DNA of 64,000 nucleotides from Podarcis pityusensis (lineage: Eukaryota). Below the pieces are notes generated by a model. The model was not told the origin of the DNA. It searched no databases and saw only the letters and a program-made list of their open reading frames with translations. The position numbers and the translations under genes are program-made. Positions within the stretch are counted from its first letter, which is position 1. Each line of letters opens with the position of its first letter. The stretch lies in assembly GCA_964106645.2 (NCBI GenBank), contig OZ067040.1. One strand, written 5' to 3'. This document shows positions 12,681 through 23,908 of this stretch, piece after piece.

Positions 12681-15600
12681 TTGAGCATACTTGGATATTC
12701 TGTCCCATCTTGCTCAGTTTAAGGTTCTGATAAATATCTACACGGAAATACTTTTCCAATGAAATGCAATTTACTAAGGCAACCTCCCATAAAAATCTAC
12801 ATTTGCTATGGTTAAGATTTCAGCTTGGCATTATTTAAAAAAAGAAATCCTAAATTGTTTTATTTCTGTCTTTGAGCTTCAAGAAGCAGATCCCGAAGAT
12901 AATAAAATAATGTCCATACTTTCCTCTAGGGAGGGAATATCTGTATCACAATGTGGTGTTATAAGAAAAATACTGCTCCCTTTCCCTTATGGGGTATCTA
13001 AGAGCCCGTATAGAGTCCTTAAGTAGGTTTTCTATCGGTAGGAGAAAATAACAGAGGCCAACCAGAGAATATTAAGAAGCTAAGCAGCTAGTAAGCTTGA
13101 TCTTTATCAAACTGTTGCAACAGGGTCCCCCGCTCACCCCACACAGGGAGGAAGGAGAGGAACCTAGAAGAAATGTGTGCAAGCTGTTATATAGACATTT
13201 GAAAATTGCCTCCCCTGTAGCTCAAGCCCACCCCCCAAAACATCATACATACATCACTGAAGGGGCAGTCTACAACAGAAAACCTGTCTGCCAAGATACC
13301 TGATAATGGTCACTGATCGCTTTTACCTGGGCATCCTGGCCATTCTTTTGTGATGGTAAACACTTAGTTCCTGAATCCAGGTCACAGGCTCACACTATTC
13401 ATAAGATACACCCTTAAGACGGAATATGTGAACAAAGAGACAATGGGGAGGGTTTTCCCATTTCCTTCCTATGAACATATGATTTATATATATGAGACCT
13501 TAGAATTCCTGTAACAGTGTAAATAACAAGCGAGTTGACAAAAATGTTTGAAAGCTTCCAGAGCAAAAAGTGTTTTTCTACTCCAGAATCTCTCATTTTG
13601 CTAATCTCTCATTTCAAACAAACACTTATGAATACGATTCCAAAACCAGCCTTGTTAAACCAAACAAAATGCTACAAAATAGCATGCAGGCTTTCCATTC
13701 TCCATCCACCTTCAGGCTGGGTGGATAGTAAACAAAACAGAGCAGGGGAAAAAACATTGGCTGTTGCTGCAGCCATGAATGAGGCCTGCAGCCTTAAGAT
13801 GAAATGAGGGAAAGAGACAGCAGACATTTAAATGAGGCACTATTAATAAGGCAGTCTTGTCGGTTTCAGGTTGCACCAGGGGATGCTGCGAAAAATAAAC
13901 AGGCTATGGTTGAATACCCGGTAATTCTTTTTTTTAACCCACCACGCCATCTAAAACGAATCTCCATCTTTGCTGATATACAAACTCTGTTTTTCTGCAT
14001 TCATATATACTTAGAAGAATCAACTTTGTACTATCAACCTAATCCTTCCTTCCTTTGCTGTTACTTGGAAAAAAACAAGAGCCAAATTATCAGCACAGAA
14101 TAATAGAAGTAGCTTTAACCAGGCAGTTTTGCGGGGCGGGGGGCGGGGTTTCCCCTAGGATGTCATGTGTATTTCATACCAATTACATCACCCCTTTCTC
14201 TATATCACCTGAGGCTGAGTCATTTAGTGTTCTTGCATATAATCCTCAAGAGCAAGCCTAGGCAGCAGCTGCTTAATTTTCTTCTAACAGCCTTTAATTT
14301 ATAGCAGACAACCCCCTTATCGATATACTTTCAAAGTGCTCAACATATATAATTTAGGGTTGCAACATGTTTCTGATTGTCAAATATTTAAAATGCATCA
14401 GTCTCTTATTACTTCATGTAACAGGGAAAAAATATATTCTGTTAAAGGATGCAGTCATATTTAGCACTTGGCAAAATTACAGCTGTATATATCAAGGACT
14501 TCAGCTTGTAAAATCTGTTCCCCAAATTAAAGGTTCAGAGAAACAGACAATTCTAGCGTCAAAGACATTCCATGCAAACAGCAACAAGGAGGGGAAGGAC
14601 AAGGGAGAGAATGTGAATGAGATAATTACTGGAACCGTTTTAAGGAAATACTGTAATGTAAAATCAGAGAGATTAAAATATTTTATAGTAGCAAAAAAAC
14701 AAAAAAACAAAAACCACTATGAAAAGCCAATGAAGTCATCTAAACAAGGAATAACACTTGAATTCTGTTTTTCCTCTGTGGACCTCCAAGTACACACAGG
14801 CTTACCTTATTTTTTCCTTATAATCACCATGTGAAAGAGTGGCTGCAGAATCATCACTCAGCAAATTTTGTAGCAAGAGTGAGGTGGGGGGACGTGAACC
14901 AAAGTCTCCTTAGTTGAAGTCCAGCGTTCTGTCTACCAACCCAAAGCAGCATAATTCTGAAAGCATTACGTCAAAGAGAAATGAGGCAAGAAATGCAATT
15001 GGGGTGTAAATGCTTTTGATGCCTTGGGGGGGGGGACATACTGAAGGGGCTTCTGGAGCACCTTGGGGAGCTCCAAGAAAAGAAAGAGGATTAGGGTGCA
15101 ATCCATTATAACAAAACAATGTGATCTTGGAGTCATACCTATGACATTCTCCTTTCAAATCAGAAAGTCTCAAAAGGAAGTTATTTTTTTCAAAATCAGT
15201 AGGCAAAAGCAACAACAAAAAACCCTGCAGGTACAGGAAAAAAGAATATATATTTATGCCATATCTGAAATGAAAATAAGCTGAGAGGTGATATGGATAC
15301 ACAAATCGTTGCCTCAAACGTCACTGAGGGCTTCCTCACCTTTACAGTATTACATACTTCATTATCACAATTTTATCAGGATAATTTAAAAAAAGGCATG
15401 TACTAGAGGCAATGGATTGTACCCAATGACATCCTTCTGCTCAAATAATGGAATTTGCCCTTCGCTCTCCCCGATTACTTCCAAAATTTACTCTGGCTTG
15501 GGGATCTTCTTGAGCAGATTTGGAGGTGTGCAGGGAAATGAGAGGATATTCTCACAGGGGCACTGGATACAACCCACTCTTTCATATACCTTAAACCAGT

Positions 15601-17505
15601 GAGAATAATATTTATAAATCTAAGTACAAGAGGGCCTTGAGTTCGTAACTCACTGACAGGCAGCAAAGAGATGCAAATAAAACAAGAAAAAGCACACTTT
15701 TTAATCTACTGGATTATAGTAATTGCTACCAAGTTGTTGACTTAATTAAACACTCCTGAAAAGGCCTTAAGGGTAAATACTCTCTCACACATATGACACT
15801 TTAAATTTGTTTTAAAATCCACTTAATTATTTGCTGTGAGAATTAACTGAGAAAAAGCAACTTGTCCTAAAATGAAAAGCCTTTCCCTAAAATACACTAT
15901 CCACCCTGTGTTCTTCGGATGAAGGGTAGTATACAAATTAAATAAATAAAACTATAAATATGCTATAGTATAAAAATGAATCCCCCATCACAGGAGGACA
16001 TCAGTATTATTAACTACTGCCTTGTGTTGTGAACCTGGTCTGAATATACAATGAAATGAATAGGTCTCAATGGAGGATAAAGATTGTGTATTTCCAGCTT
16101 CTAGGATTGCAGTCCAAAGTGTTGTATTGTATTATATTATTATACAGTACTCCTCTCAGGGCTGAAAAAAAATTCATGTCATTTTTGCTTATATGCACTA
16201 GAAATCTAATGCTAGCACTTTCAAATATGAAACATTTTCCTCTGCATAACTTCAACCTAGAATTTCAAACATCCCCCCCCCCCCCGTGCTGGTGCTGAAA
16301 GAAAATGTTACATCTTATTATACCAACCGACAAGGACTTTGATATTTAACTCTTCAAAATTGCAAAGTTATACAAAATCATTCAACATTAAATAGGTCTT
16401 TTTATTATTATAGGCAGAACTACTGGCTCAGTCTACAGTATGTTGCATTCAAGTTATTTTAATTTCAGCAACTCCAGTGGTGATTAAAACCAAATAGTAA
16501 TTATTCTTGTAGTTGCATTCCATTGCAACATTATTTCAAGCCTTTTAAAAACCCAAACCCAACAGAGTGGGATTAATGATACCAACAGTGCAGCCCAAAT
16601 CTTATCTATTGGTGAGTAGCACCAGGGAGCTTTAACAAGTGTCAGTGATGAGCAACACAGAATTGTTATTTGCTCCATTGGTATTGTTTTGCAGGCAATA
16701 GTAAGTCATTGTTTCACGCTTTAATGAGTTTACATTATAGTGTCATAAAAGTGCATAGGTCTATGTCCATAAAAACCGTATCGCTTTCTATAGTTGACAA
16801 TACAGTTTGTAGGGTTGTGCTACAGAAGTCAGAATTTACAAGTTTCAGTTACTAGAGCATTATTATGTCATTTTAAAAATATGATCCAGAATTGAAACTT
16901 CTGAGTGTATGGTTTCAAATGTGCTTGATGTGGCGAGAGGCCAAAGCTCTGAAAGAGCATACGCCTTGTATGTAAGGTCCCAGTTTCTACCATTGACATT
17001 CTCATTGAAAAGCCTATCAGATAGAAGGCTTGGGAAATACCCCTACTAGAGGGCAGATGTTAATCGGGGGAAACCACTGCCAGGGTTCATTAACCGGTGC
17101 CATTACTTGTGAATATTTGAAGTTACCTTATAATGACACTGCGTCAGGGTAATTACAAGTATGGTCAGGGACATTTTATGACGTTTACATCCTACTCTTC
17201 TTCCATGGAATTCTAAGTAGTACTGTATATATAATCTAAGCTCTGAGCAGATCCAGACTTGCTTATCTTCAGCACATTTCCTGCATCATGTGCCCTCATT
17301 CCTTGCCCTGGGAATGTGGCCTTGCCAAATCATTTTATGGGCGAGGCCAGGTCTGAGCCTGGGAATTCCAAGTTCACTGCAGCACACTAGCTCTTGGTTT
17401 CACATTACCGTATTTCCCGCAGTAGCTTTAAATCCAAGAAGTATAGCTCGGTTGGCTCAGAGTTAAAACTTGAGCCAAAAAACCTCTATGAAACAGATAA
17501 AATTA

Positions 17506-17674
17506 CAGCAGGCCTACAACTTATGCAGGGGTTACATATGCAGAGTCAATAGTGGGTGAGATTGACAAAGTAATTTTCCCAGAGCCCCGCCCCCTTTTAA
17601 TTTTTTTAAAGTTTTGTCACATGCTTAAACCTGAATGCACACAAGTTAAATGTACACAAGTTGTGGGCTTACTG
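17506..17674. mobile_element. Tc1/mariner (Tigger-like) MITE, degraded
   Basis: ta|cagcaggcctacaactt...aagttgtgggcttactg inverted ends. Confidence 0.5.
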
Positions 17675-18273
17675 TCTGCCAGAGTAAGTGGCTGGGAATT
17701 GTCACCTCAAGTTAGAAGCTGAATGTTAATCTCTAGTTTGTTATAAAAACCAATACTGCTAATAATCTATTTTGAGTATTTTATTAAATAGAAGAAGCAC
17801 AAGTTTGTGAATTATACTCAAGTTAAGTGCAAGATAGTGAATATTTGTTGTAATAAACGTCTGTGTCTTACGCAGCACAATGTCTCTCAGCCAGTGAATG
17901 TATTAGCCACCTTGTCCTTCCAGAACTACGACTACATTCCATTTAACTGTATCCGCATAAGCAATTGCAGCCATAAAATTTCAGATACAGTAGACAAAGT
18001 GTTTTGCATGTTGATTTGGAAAATTCAAAATGGGACTTTCTACCTAGTAAGCATCTTCAGGATTGCAGCCTCAGGCAGAAAGCTTAGGAATCCCTTACTT
18101 AGGAAGGACTTACTCCTGAGTAATTATATAGAGGATCAATCGGTAAGAGTCCATTCTATGGCTTTTTATAGCAATTTAAGGGACACTAAGAAAATCTGTT
18201 CAACAAAGCCACATAAGCATGTATTGGAAAGGCGATTTGTGTCAAGAGTTTGTTGCAAGAGGAGAAGAAAGTA

Positions 18274-18279
18274 TTTATT
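18274..18279 (-). terminator. Candidate BORCS6 polyadenylation signal AATAAA
   Basis: tttatt on the + strand about 200 nt past the stop codon; another lies near 17780-17785. Confidence 0.45.
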
Positions 18280-18475
18280 ACGTGGCACAATTGATTTTGC
18301 ACAGTTTCGAACAAAAGCTTGGTTAAGAGAAAGCTATGCAATTGTCCTGAGATCAACAGAGAAAAAGGCCGGAGCGGGTTTTGACGGGGAAGCCACCAGC
18401 GCCGAGGAGAGAGCTGCTGTCCGGAAACCAGCTTACGTCGTTTCAGCGCCGGGCACCAAGCGAGCCCGGCGAGGC

Positions 18476-18957
18476 CTATTTGCAGAGCCCCTCGAGTTTC
18501 TCCAGCGCCCCCTTCATGTCCCGGATGCGCCGAGCCAAGGCGGGCACCGGCTGCATCGCCTTGTCCAGCTCCTCGCAGCGCGCCATCAGGGTGTACATGG
18601 AGCGGATGCTGGTGTCCACCGCTTCGCCCAGGCTCTCCACGCCGTCGCGGTACGTCTGGATGCAGCCCACGCTCAGCGCCGTCAGGGCCTGCAGGGCGCC
18701 GTGCACGCTGCGCAGCAGCTCGTCCACCTGCGCCGCCGCCTGCACGGCCAGAGCCGCCAGGTCCTGCAGCGCCGCGGGGTCCACGGCGGGGATGAGGCAG
18801 CCGGAGCCCGGCGCGGCGCTGCGCCGCATCTGCTGCTCGAAGTCGCGGGCCACGAAGTGCGTGAGGCGCCCGTCCCAGCGCACGGGGCCCTCGCGCTCTA
18901 GGCCGCTCGGTGGCTCCTCCGACAGGCTACCCGCGCCGCCGCCCCGCGGGGAAACTC

Positions 18958-18989
<32 letters not shown>

Positions 18990-18997
18990 TCAGCCAT
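18476..18997 (-). CDS. BORCS6: BLOC-1-related complex subunit 6 (lyspersin, C17orf59), single exon, 173 aa
   Basis: C-terminal ...LTALSVGCIQTYRDGVESLGEAVDTSIRSMYTLMARCEELDKAMQPV...LEGLCK and the LTHFVA element match lyspersin (DUF2365); GC-rich codon usage; GCAATGG start context. Confidence 0.93.
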
Positions 18998-19740
18998 TGC
19001 CCGGCGCGCTACTCGGAACTGCCGGAGGGATCAACCGCCCCCTCTCTCAGAAAGGAGGCGGGCCTTGGCCTCCATCCGCGCTTCGGATTGGCCGGCGCGC
19101 AGGCGGGGGAGGCGTGGCTCCCGCGATTTGTCGCGCTTGATTGGCGGCTTCCGCCTCACAGCGCAACCCTGCGCTTGTTTACTCAGAAGTGAATCCCACT
19201 GACTTCAATGGGGCTTACTCTCCAATGAAGGGCGGGTGGTCTGCACTCCTAAGAGGGCTGTCAGTGGGGAGGTGAAGCACCCTCTCCTCATTTCGCTCAT
19301 CGCTAAGAGAGAAACTGAGGAAGCAACGGCTCGTTCTAGAAAGGGGGCGTGACCTCCTGCACAGTATTTGTGTCCGTCTTCATTGGGGAAAGTAGGGAGG
19401 CCCTCACAGGACATGCTCGGGACTGATTGGGCGTCGGCGACGGAAAGGCGGGCTCCCATACAAGCTTTCCGTTCTGATAGGCAGGCAGCGGGAAGGGGGC
19501 GCGGCCTTCTCGAGTAACAACAGTGGGGCGTTGTGGCGACTTCTCTTCACTCCCCCGCCATGTTCTCCTAGCAGCGGAGCTGATCGCCTAACCAGCGCAG
19601 CTACTTAAAATCCCGAGCGGACGCTCCGCACTCGCACCCCTTGCGCCCCAACTCTTTTTCCTCCTTGCCCACCAACTCAACTTTTTTTTTTTTTTTAACC
19701 ACCACCGCGCTCCTGCGCAAAATCCTACTCCTTTCCGACC
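18998..19740. promoter_or_regulatory. Bidirectional CpG-island promoter BORCS6 / PNRC1
   Basis: Divergent start codons 743 bp apart; multiple CCAAT boxes (ATTGG near 19088, 19140, 19425; CCAAT 19222) and GC boxes. Confidence 0.8.
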
Positions 19741-20166
19741 ATGGTGACTACTACGGCGCCTCCACCGTTTCTAGCCCGGATCTCGGCCGGTACCGAGGAC
19801 CCCCGGCGGTTCCCTGCATCCCTGTTCCAGCGCCTCATACGGGCCGACTGCAGCGGGGAAAGCCACCAGCCCAACTGCTGCCCGGTGGGACCAGGAGGCA
19901 GCGCCCGGCCGGCGCTGAAGAGAGTGCGGCGGCGAAGAGCCAAGATACGGTCCGCTCCCTCCGGCCTCCTGCAGAGCCGCTACCAGCACTACCAGCAACA
20001 TCGTGCCGGCTTGACGCGAAGGAACACCGCGCAGGGGACGTGTAACCCCTACGAAGTCCCCGTCCCCTCCTCAGAGCCAGGGATAGAAACGGTTCCGAGC
20101 GCAGAACCGCCGGCACCTTCGCCGAGAACAGCCCCCGTCAGTATCAGTAAACCCCTCAGGAAAGAG
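19741..20166 (+). CDS. PNRC1: Proline-rich nuclear receptor coactivator 1, exon 1
   Basis: ACCATGG Kozak; Pro-rich N-terminus with basic NoLS-like KRVRRRRAKIR; ends KPLRKE|gtaaat in phase 0. Model: join(19741..20166,21516..21950), 286 aa. Confidence 0.9.
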
Positions 20167-20249
20167 GTAAATAATATTAAGCGCAGTTGGTGGGGGGCGG
20201 GGCGATGGGGGCTACTGCTGGTAGGCGAAAAAAGAAGCCAGCCGCTTCT

Positions 20250-20710
20250 CTCAGCTCGAGAGGGACGCGCCTGCGCAGTTTCCGTTTGACTGTTGCGGGG
20301 GGGGGGGAGTGTGAGGAAGTTTCCGTTACGTCTGTTGTCTTTAGTGGGAGAGGGCGAAGTGAGATTCCTCCGAGGCTGATAGGTTGAAGGAATCCACCAA
20401 TTGGATTGGCGGCTGCGCCCCAGCAACAGCCCGATTTAGCCCGTTGTCCGTGGCTATTGACGGGGGGGGGGAGAGAGAGAGAGAGAGACGTGACGCCGTC
20501 GCCGTGCCCAATGGGCGAAGGGGCTGGGGCGGGGCGGGGTTTGCATCGTGGAAGAGGATGCGGGCTCTCTTAAGACTCGCCTTCTCAGTGAACTGGGTTG
20601 GGGGAGGCGGGGGAGGAGCAGGAGCCGCATTCGCCTGGAAGGCCTACGCTGTGTGCGCAGGCGTACTGGGCGAGGAGCCAGTGTTGACGTCAAGTTGACT
20701 GGTAGTTCTT
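20250..20710 (+). promoter_or_regulatory. Putative alternative (intronic) PNRC1 promoter
   Basis: CpG-rich; palindromic CRE TGACGTCA 20685-20692, NRF1-like GCGCCTGCGCA (20267-20277) and TGCGCAGGCGTA (20654-20665), CCAAT boxes (near 20397-20410 and 20508), tandem GGGGCGGGG near 20526-20539. Confidence 0.6.
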
Positions 20711-21515
20711 CCTGCATAATCAAGATTGAGAGGGTTTTAAAAAAAAAAATCCTTCCGTCTTCTTTAGAGTTATAGAAGTTACCCAATCGGGATAGTTTTT
20801 CATTTTGTGGGAAAACTTTGAAGTATAGTTATGGGATCAAAGAGTCGCTTTTTCTGGAGCAAACTCCCCCAAATCCCTTTAAATTTAAGCAGCATTGCTC
20901 CATATTAACGGAGCTCAAAACTTAAAAAAATAATAATTCTGCTGATTGTATGTTTACTGTATTTTGTCTGTTGTTTACTGAAATTTGAATTATACAGCCC
21001 CATAGAAAATAGTACAATCCTGTGCATACTTAACTCCTGGTGCCTTCAACTAGAATCACTCCCTAGTTACGGTAGTTTGCCTCCAGATTATCCATAGTTT
21101 GTGGAAGGGATTCGAGCACATACCAGAAATTTAGGTTTGCACAATTAAACCTGTTAATTAGATCTGTCACATTGGTGCAACAAATTCACAAGCTGATTTT
21201 TGTGTTTGGGATCTAGCAGTAGGGAAATGCACTGAAAAGTGTACATGATGTACAACCACTGCACAAGCAAGTCAATATGATTTCAGAACAGTGTTCATCG
21301 TAATCTCTCAGCCGACAGATTAGAATGAATGCTAAGTAAACGGGGCATCTGGAAGAATTACATGTTCGTTGCATCTGCATGTTTCTATGTCAGGTATTTC
21401 AATATTACAGAATCATTTAACACAATAAAGAGTGAATGTGAAGGACAACTAACTTTGAAACAATAACTGTGAATGTAGTTAAATATATTTATGAAATTCT
21501 CTTTTATCTTTGCAG

Positions 21516-21950
21516 TTGTTCAGAAACAGAATGGGAAAGTCCGAGAAGGTTACCATTCCTTACAGTCAACCTATTCACAGTATACACCTTTGTGACCAAT
21601 CAAAGATTAACAGACCAAGGAACAAATGTAATATACCACTAAACAAGATTCCACCTTCAAAAAAAAGTGAAAATAACTTTTGGCAACAATCCGTGTCACC
21701 TGAACTCATTAAAAAGCAGGAGAAAAAGCCTCTGAAAAATGCAGAAAATGTGAAATCAAAGAAACCTGTTTTTCTGACTGAAGCTAACCAAAAAGAAAAC
21801 TATGCTGGGGCAAAGTTTAGTGACCCTCCTTCACCCAGTGTCCTTCCAAAGCCGCCCAGTCATTGGGTAGGAAGCCCTGTTGAATATTCTGACCAAAACA
21901 GGAAGATGATGGCAGTCCATCTAAAAACTCTCTTAAAAGTTCAAGCGTAG
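21516..21950 (+). CDS. PNRC1: PNRC1 exon 2
   Basis: tttgcag|TTGTTC; translates [11 protein letters not shown]...[22 protein letters not shown]...[10 protein letters not shown], with the PNRC family SH3-binding SDPPSPS and LKTLL motifs. Confidence 0.97.
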   Translation: MFRNRMGKSEKVTIPYSQPIHSIHLCDQSKINRPRNKCNIPLNKIPPSKKSENNFWQQSVSPELIKKQEKKPLKNAENVKSKKPVFLTEANQKENYAGAKFSDPPSPSVLPKPPSHWVGSPVEYSDQNRKMMAVHLKTLLKVQA

Positions 21951-22524
21951 CTTATGGATATTTACAGAGAGCATACCAGGAATTTGAAACCTGCCTTGTT
22001 GCAACATGAAGTGCGAAAGACTGCCAAGTCTTAAATTCTGCAAACTTTTACTCTATTTTTTATGGTTGTGTAAATAGTGTATATCATGTAATGTGTATAT
22101 TCATATTTTGAAGTACATTTTAGTTTTGTTATGAAAGGATGAATTTTACACTGCCCACGTGGTAAGTGGTTTTTGTATATAATAACGGACACCTTCTAAT
22201 GTGTGCTTGACACATGGAAAGAACGTTTGCACAAGGTGCTGAGATTCTGAAAGAAGAAGAACTCATCTCAATGTTCAGATGGAAATGTGAAAACATTGCT
22301 AATGCACTACTGAAAAGTTTTACAATTTGGCACAATGCTTCATTGGATAAGAAGCGCTCATAAAATCATGAGCTTGAAACAGTATATGGAGTTCAATTTC
22401 TCATTGGAAATATAAATTTTTGATTAGATTAATTAGCCCAGAAACTTAGCTCTGTTGATTCTCTTAATAGAGAATAGCAGAGCAAACTGCCAGAAATAAT
22501 TGGCTATTTTTAAAAAAGAACTTA

Positions 22525-22530
22525 AATAAA
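22525..22530 (+). terminator. PNRC1 polyadenylation signal AATAAA
   Basis: AATAAA about 575 nt after the stop, followed by a U/GU-rich stretch (ttggttgtcattcttttg). Confidence 0.65.
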
Positions 22531-23546
22531 ACAATTTGGCTTCCCCTTACTTGGTTGTCATTCTTTTGAGTTGCTCTGTCTAAACAGTAATGCTGCAACA
22601 CGTACTAAATGTTGCTGTGCTTTGTCAGTGGTAGGACATAGTTTTTTTTATTCTAGCTTAAGATCTTCCTTACACCCTGGTCTTGCAATTACTTAAGCAC
22701 CAACACAAAGTTCTCCACAATCCTTCCCAGTGATACTGGCATTTGCCTTGGAAAATATGTGGTAATTATTTTCAGTTGTAGGAAACATAGGTAGGCAACT
22801 CTAAAATTTCATAACAGTTTTAAGAAGTCTTCTGCAGACTACTATGAAGTATTCATTGCTGAGATTCCATATTGCTAGGTGTATACAAGTACATTAAAAA
22901 ACTATAAAGAAGCAAATCACAAAATGCTACTCGCAACCCTGAAGCAAAATACCCAAGAATGGAGGTAGAACAGTGGCTTTTGTTAAATATATGCAAAGAA
23001 TGGGGCATTACTTATTGTGACTCAGGATTAGCCCATTTTGGGGGGTATGACATAAGCCCTATTCCAGATGAAATACTATCACCAGAAAGGAAACGTTTGA
23101 AATTAAGCCATTTTTGGTCCTTATACAAAAGACAATTTGAATATTTTCAAAAGTTGATTAATTTATTAAATGCCCCAAATAAAGCTTTTGTGGCATATTT
23201 CAATTATAGCAAAGCATACTTCACTTTACCCTGTGGCATTCTGACCTTCAGCAATAATGTATCACAGTTCAAAGTTTCCCTTCACAGTAAGCATAGCTAT
23301 AATAACACTAGAAACAGTGCCACCTTGTATTTATTTAGTTTGTACCTTGGTTCATCTGTAAAATCACTGTCTTCCAGGTCTTCAGGTGAGAACTATGTTC
23401 TCACCTGTGGATACAGCAGTCGGGTAAAACTGCAAATTGTGTCTTTTTATTACAGTTGGGTGATAATCCAATTTAGCCATGCTCAGAGTGGACCTATTTA
23501 AATCAATTGGGAAGTACATTAATTTCAGTGGGACTAATCTGAGTAC

Positions 23547-23908
23547 GGGACGCGGGTGGCGCTGTGGGTAAAACCTCAGTGCCTAGGACCTGCCAATCGT
23601 ATGGTCAGCGGTTCGAATCCCCGCGGCGGGGTGAGCTCCCGTCGTTCGGTCCCAGCTCCTGCCCACCTAGCAGTTCAAAAGCACTCTTAAGTGCAAGTAG
23701 ATAAATAGGGACCGCTTTAAAGCGGGAAGGTAAACGGCGTTTCCGTGTGCTGCGCTGGTGCTGGCTCGCCAGAGCAGCTTCGTCACACTGGCCACGTGAC
23801 CCGGAAGTGTCTCCGGACAGCGCTGGCCCCTGGCCTCTTAAGTGAGATGGGTGCACAACCCTAGAGTTGGACACGACTGGCCCGTACGGGTAGGGGTACC
23901 TTTACCTT
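23547..23908 (+). mobile_element. Sauria SINE, full length, 11-bp TSD
   Basis: gggacgcgggtggcgctgtggg...(acctttt-type tail); TSD taatctgagta at 23535-23545 and 23909-23919. Confidence 0.95.

Noticed and set aside
17807-19202. Long plus-strand ORFs (364 aa at 17807-18901, 273 aa at 18381-19202)
   Set aside because: Antisense shadows of the GC-rich BORCS6 CDS and CpG island; non-ATG starts and no recognisable domain.
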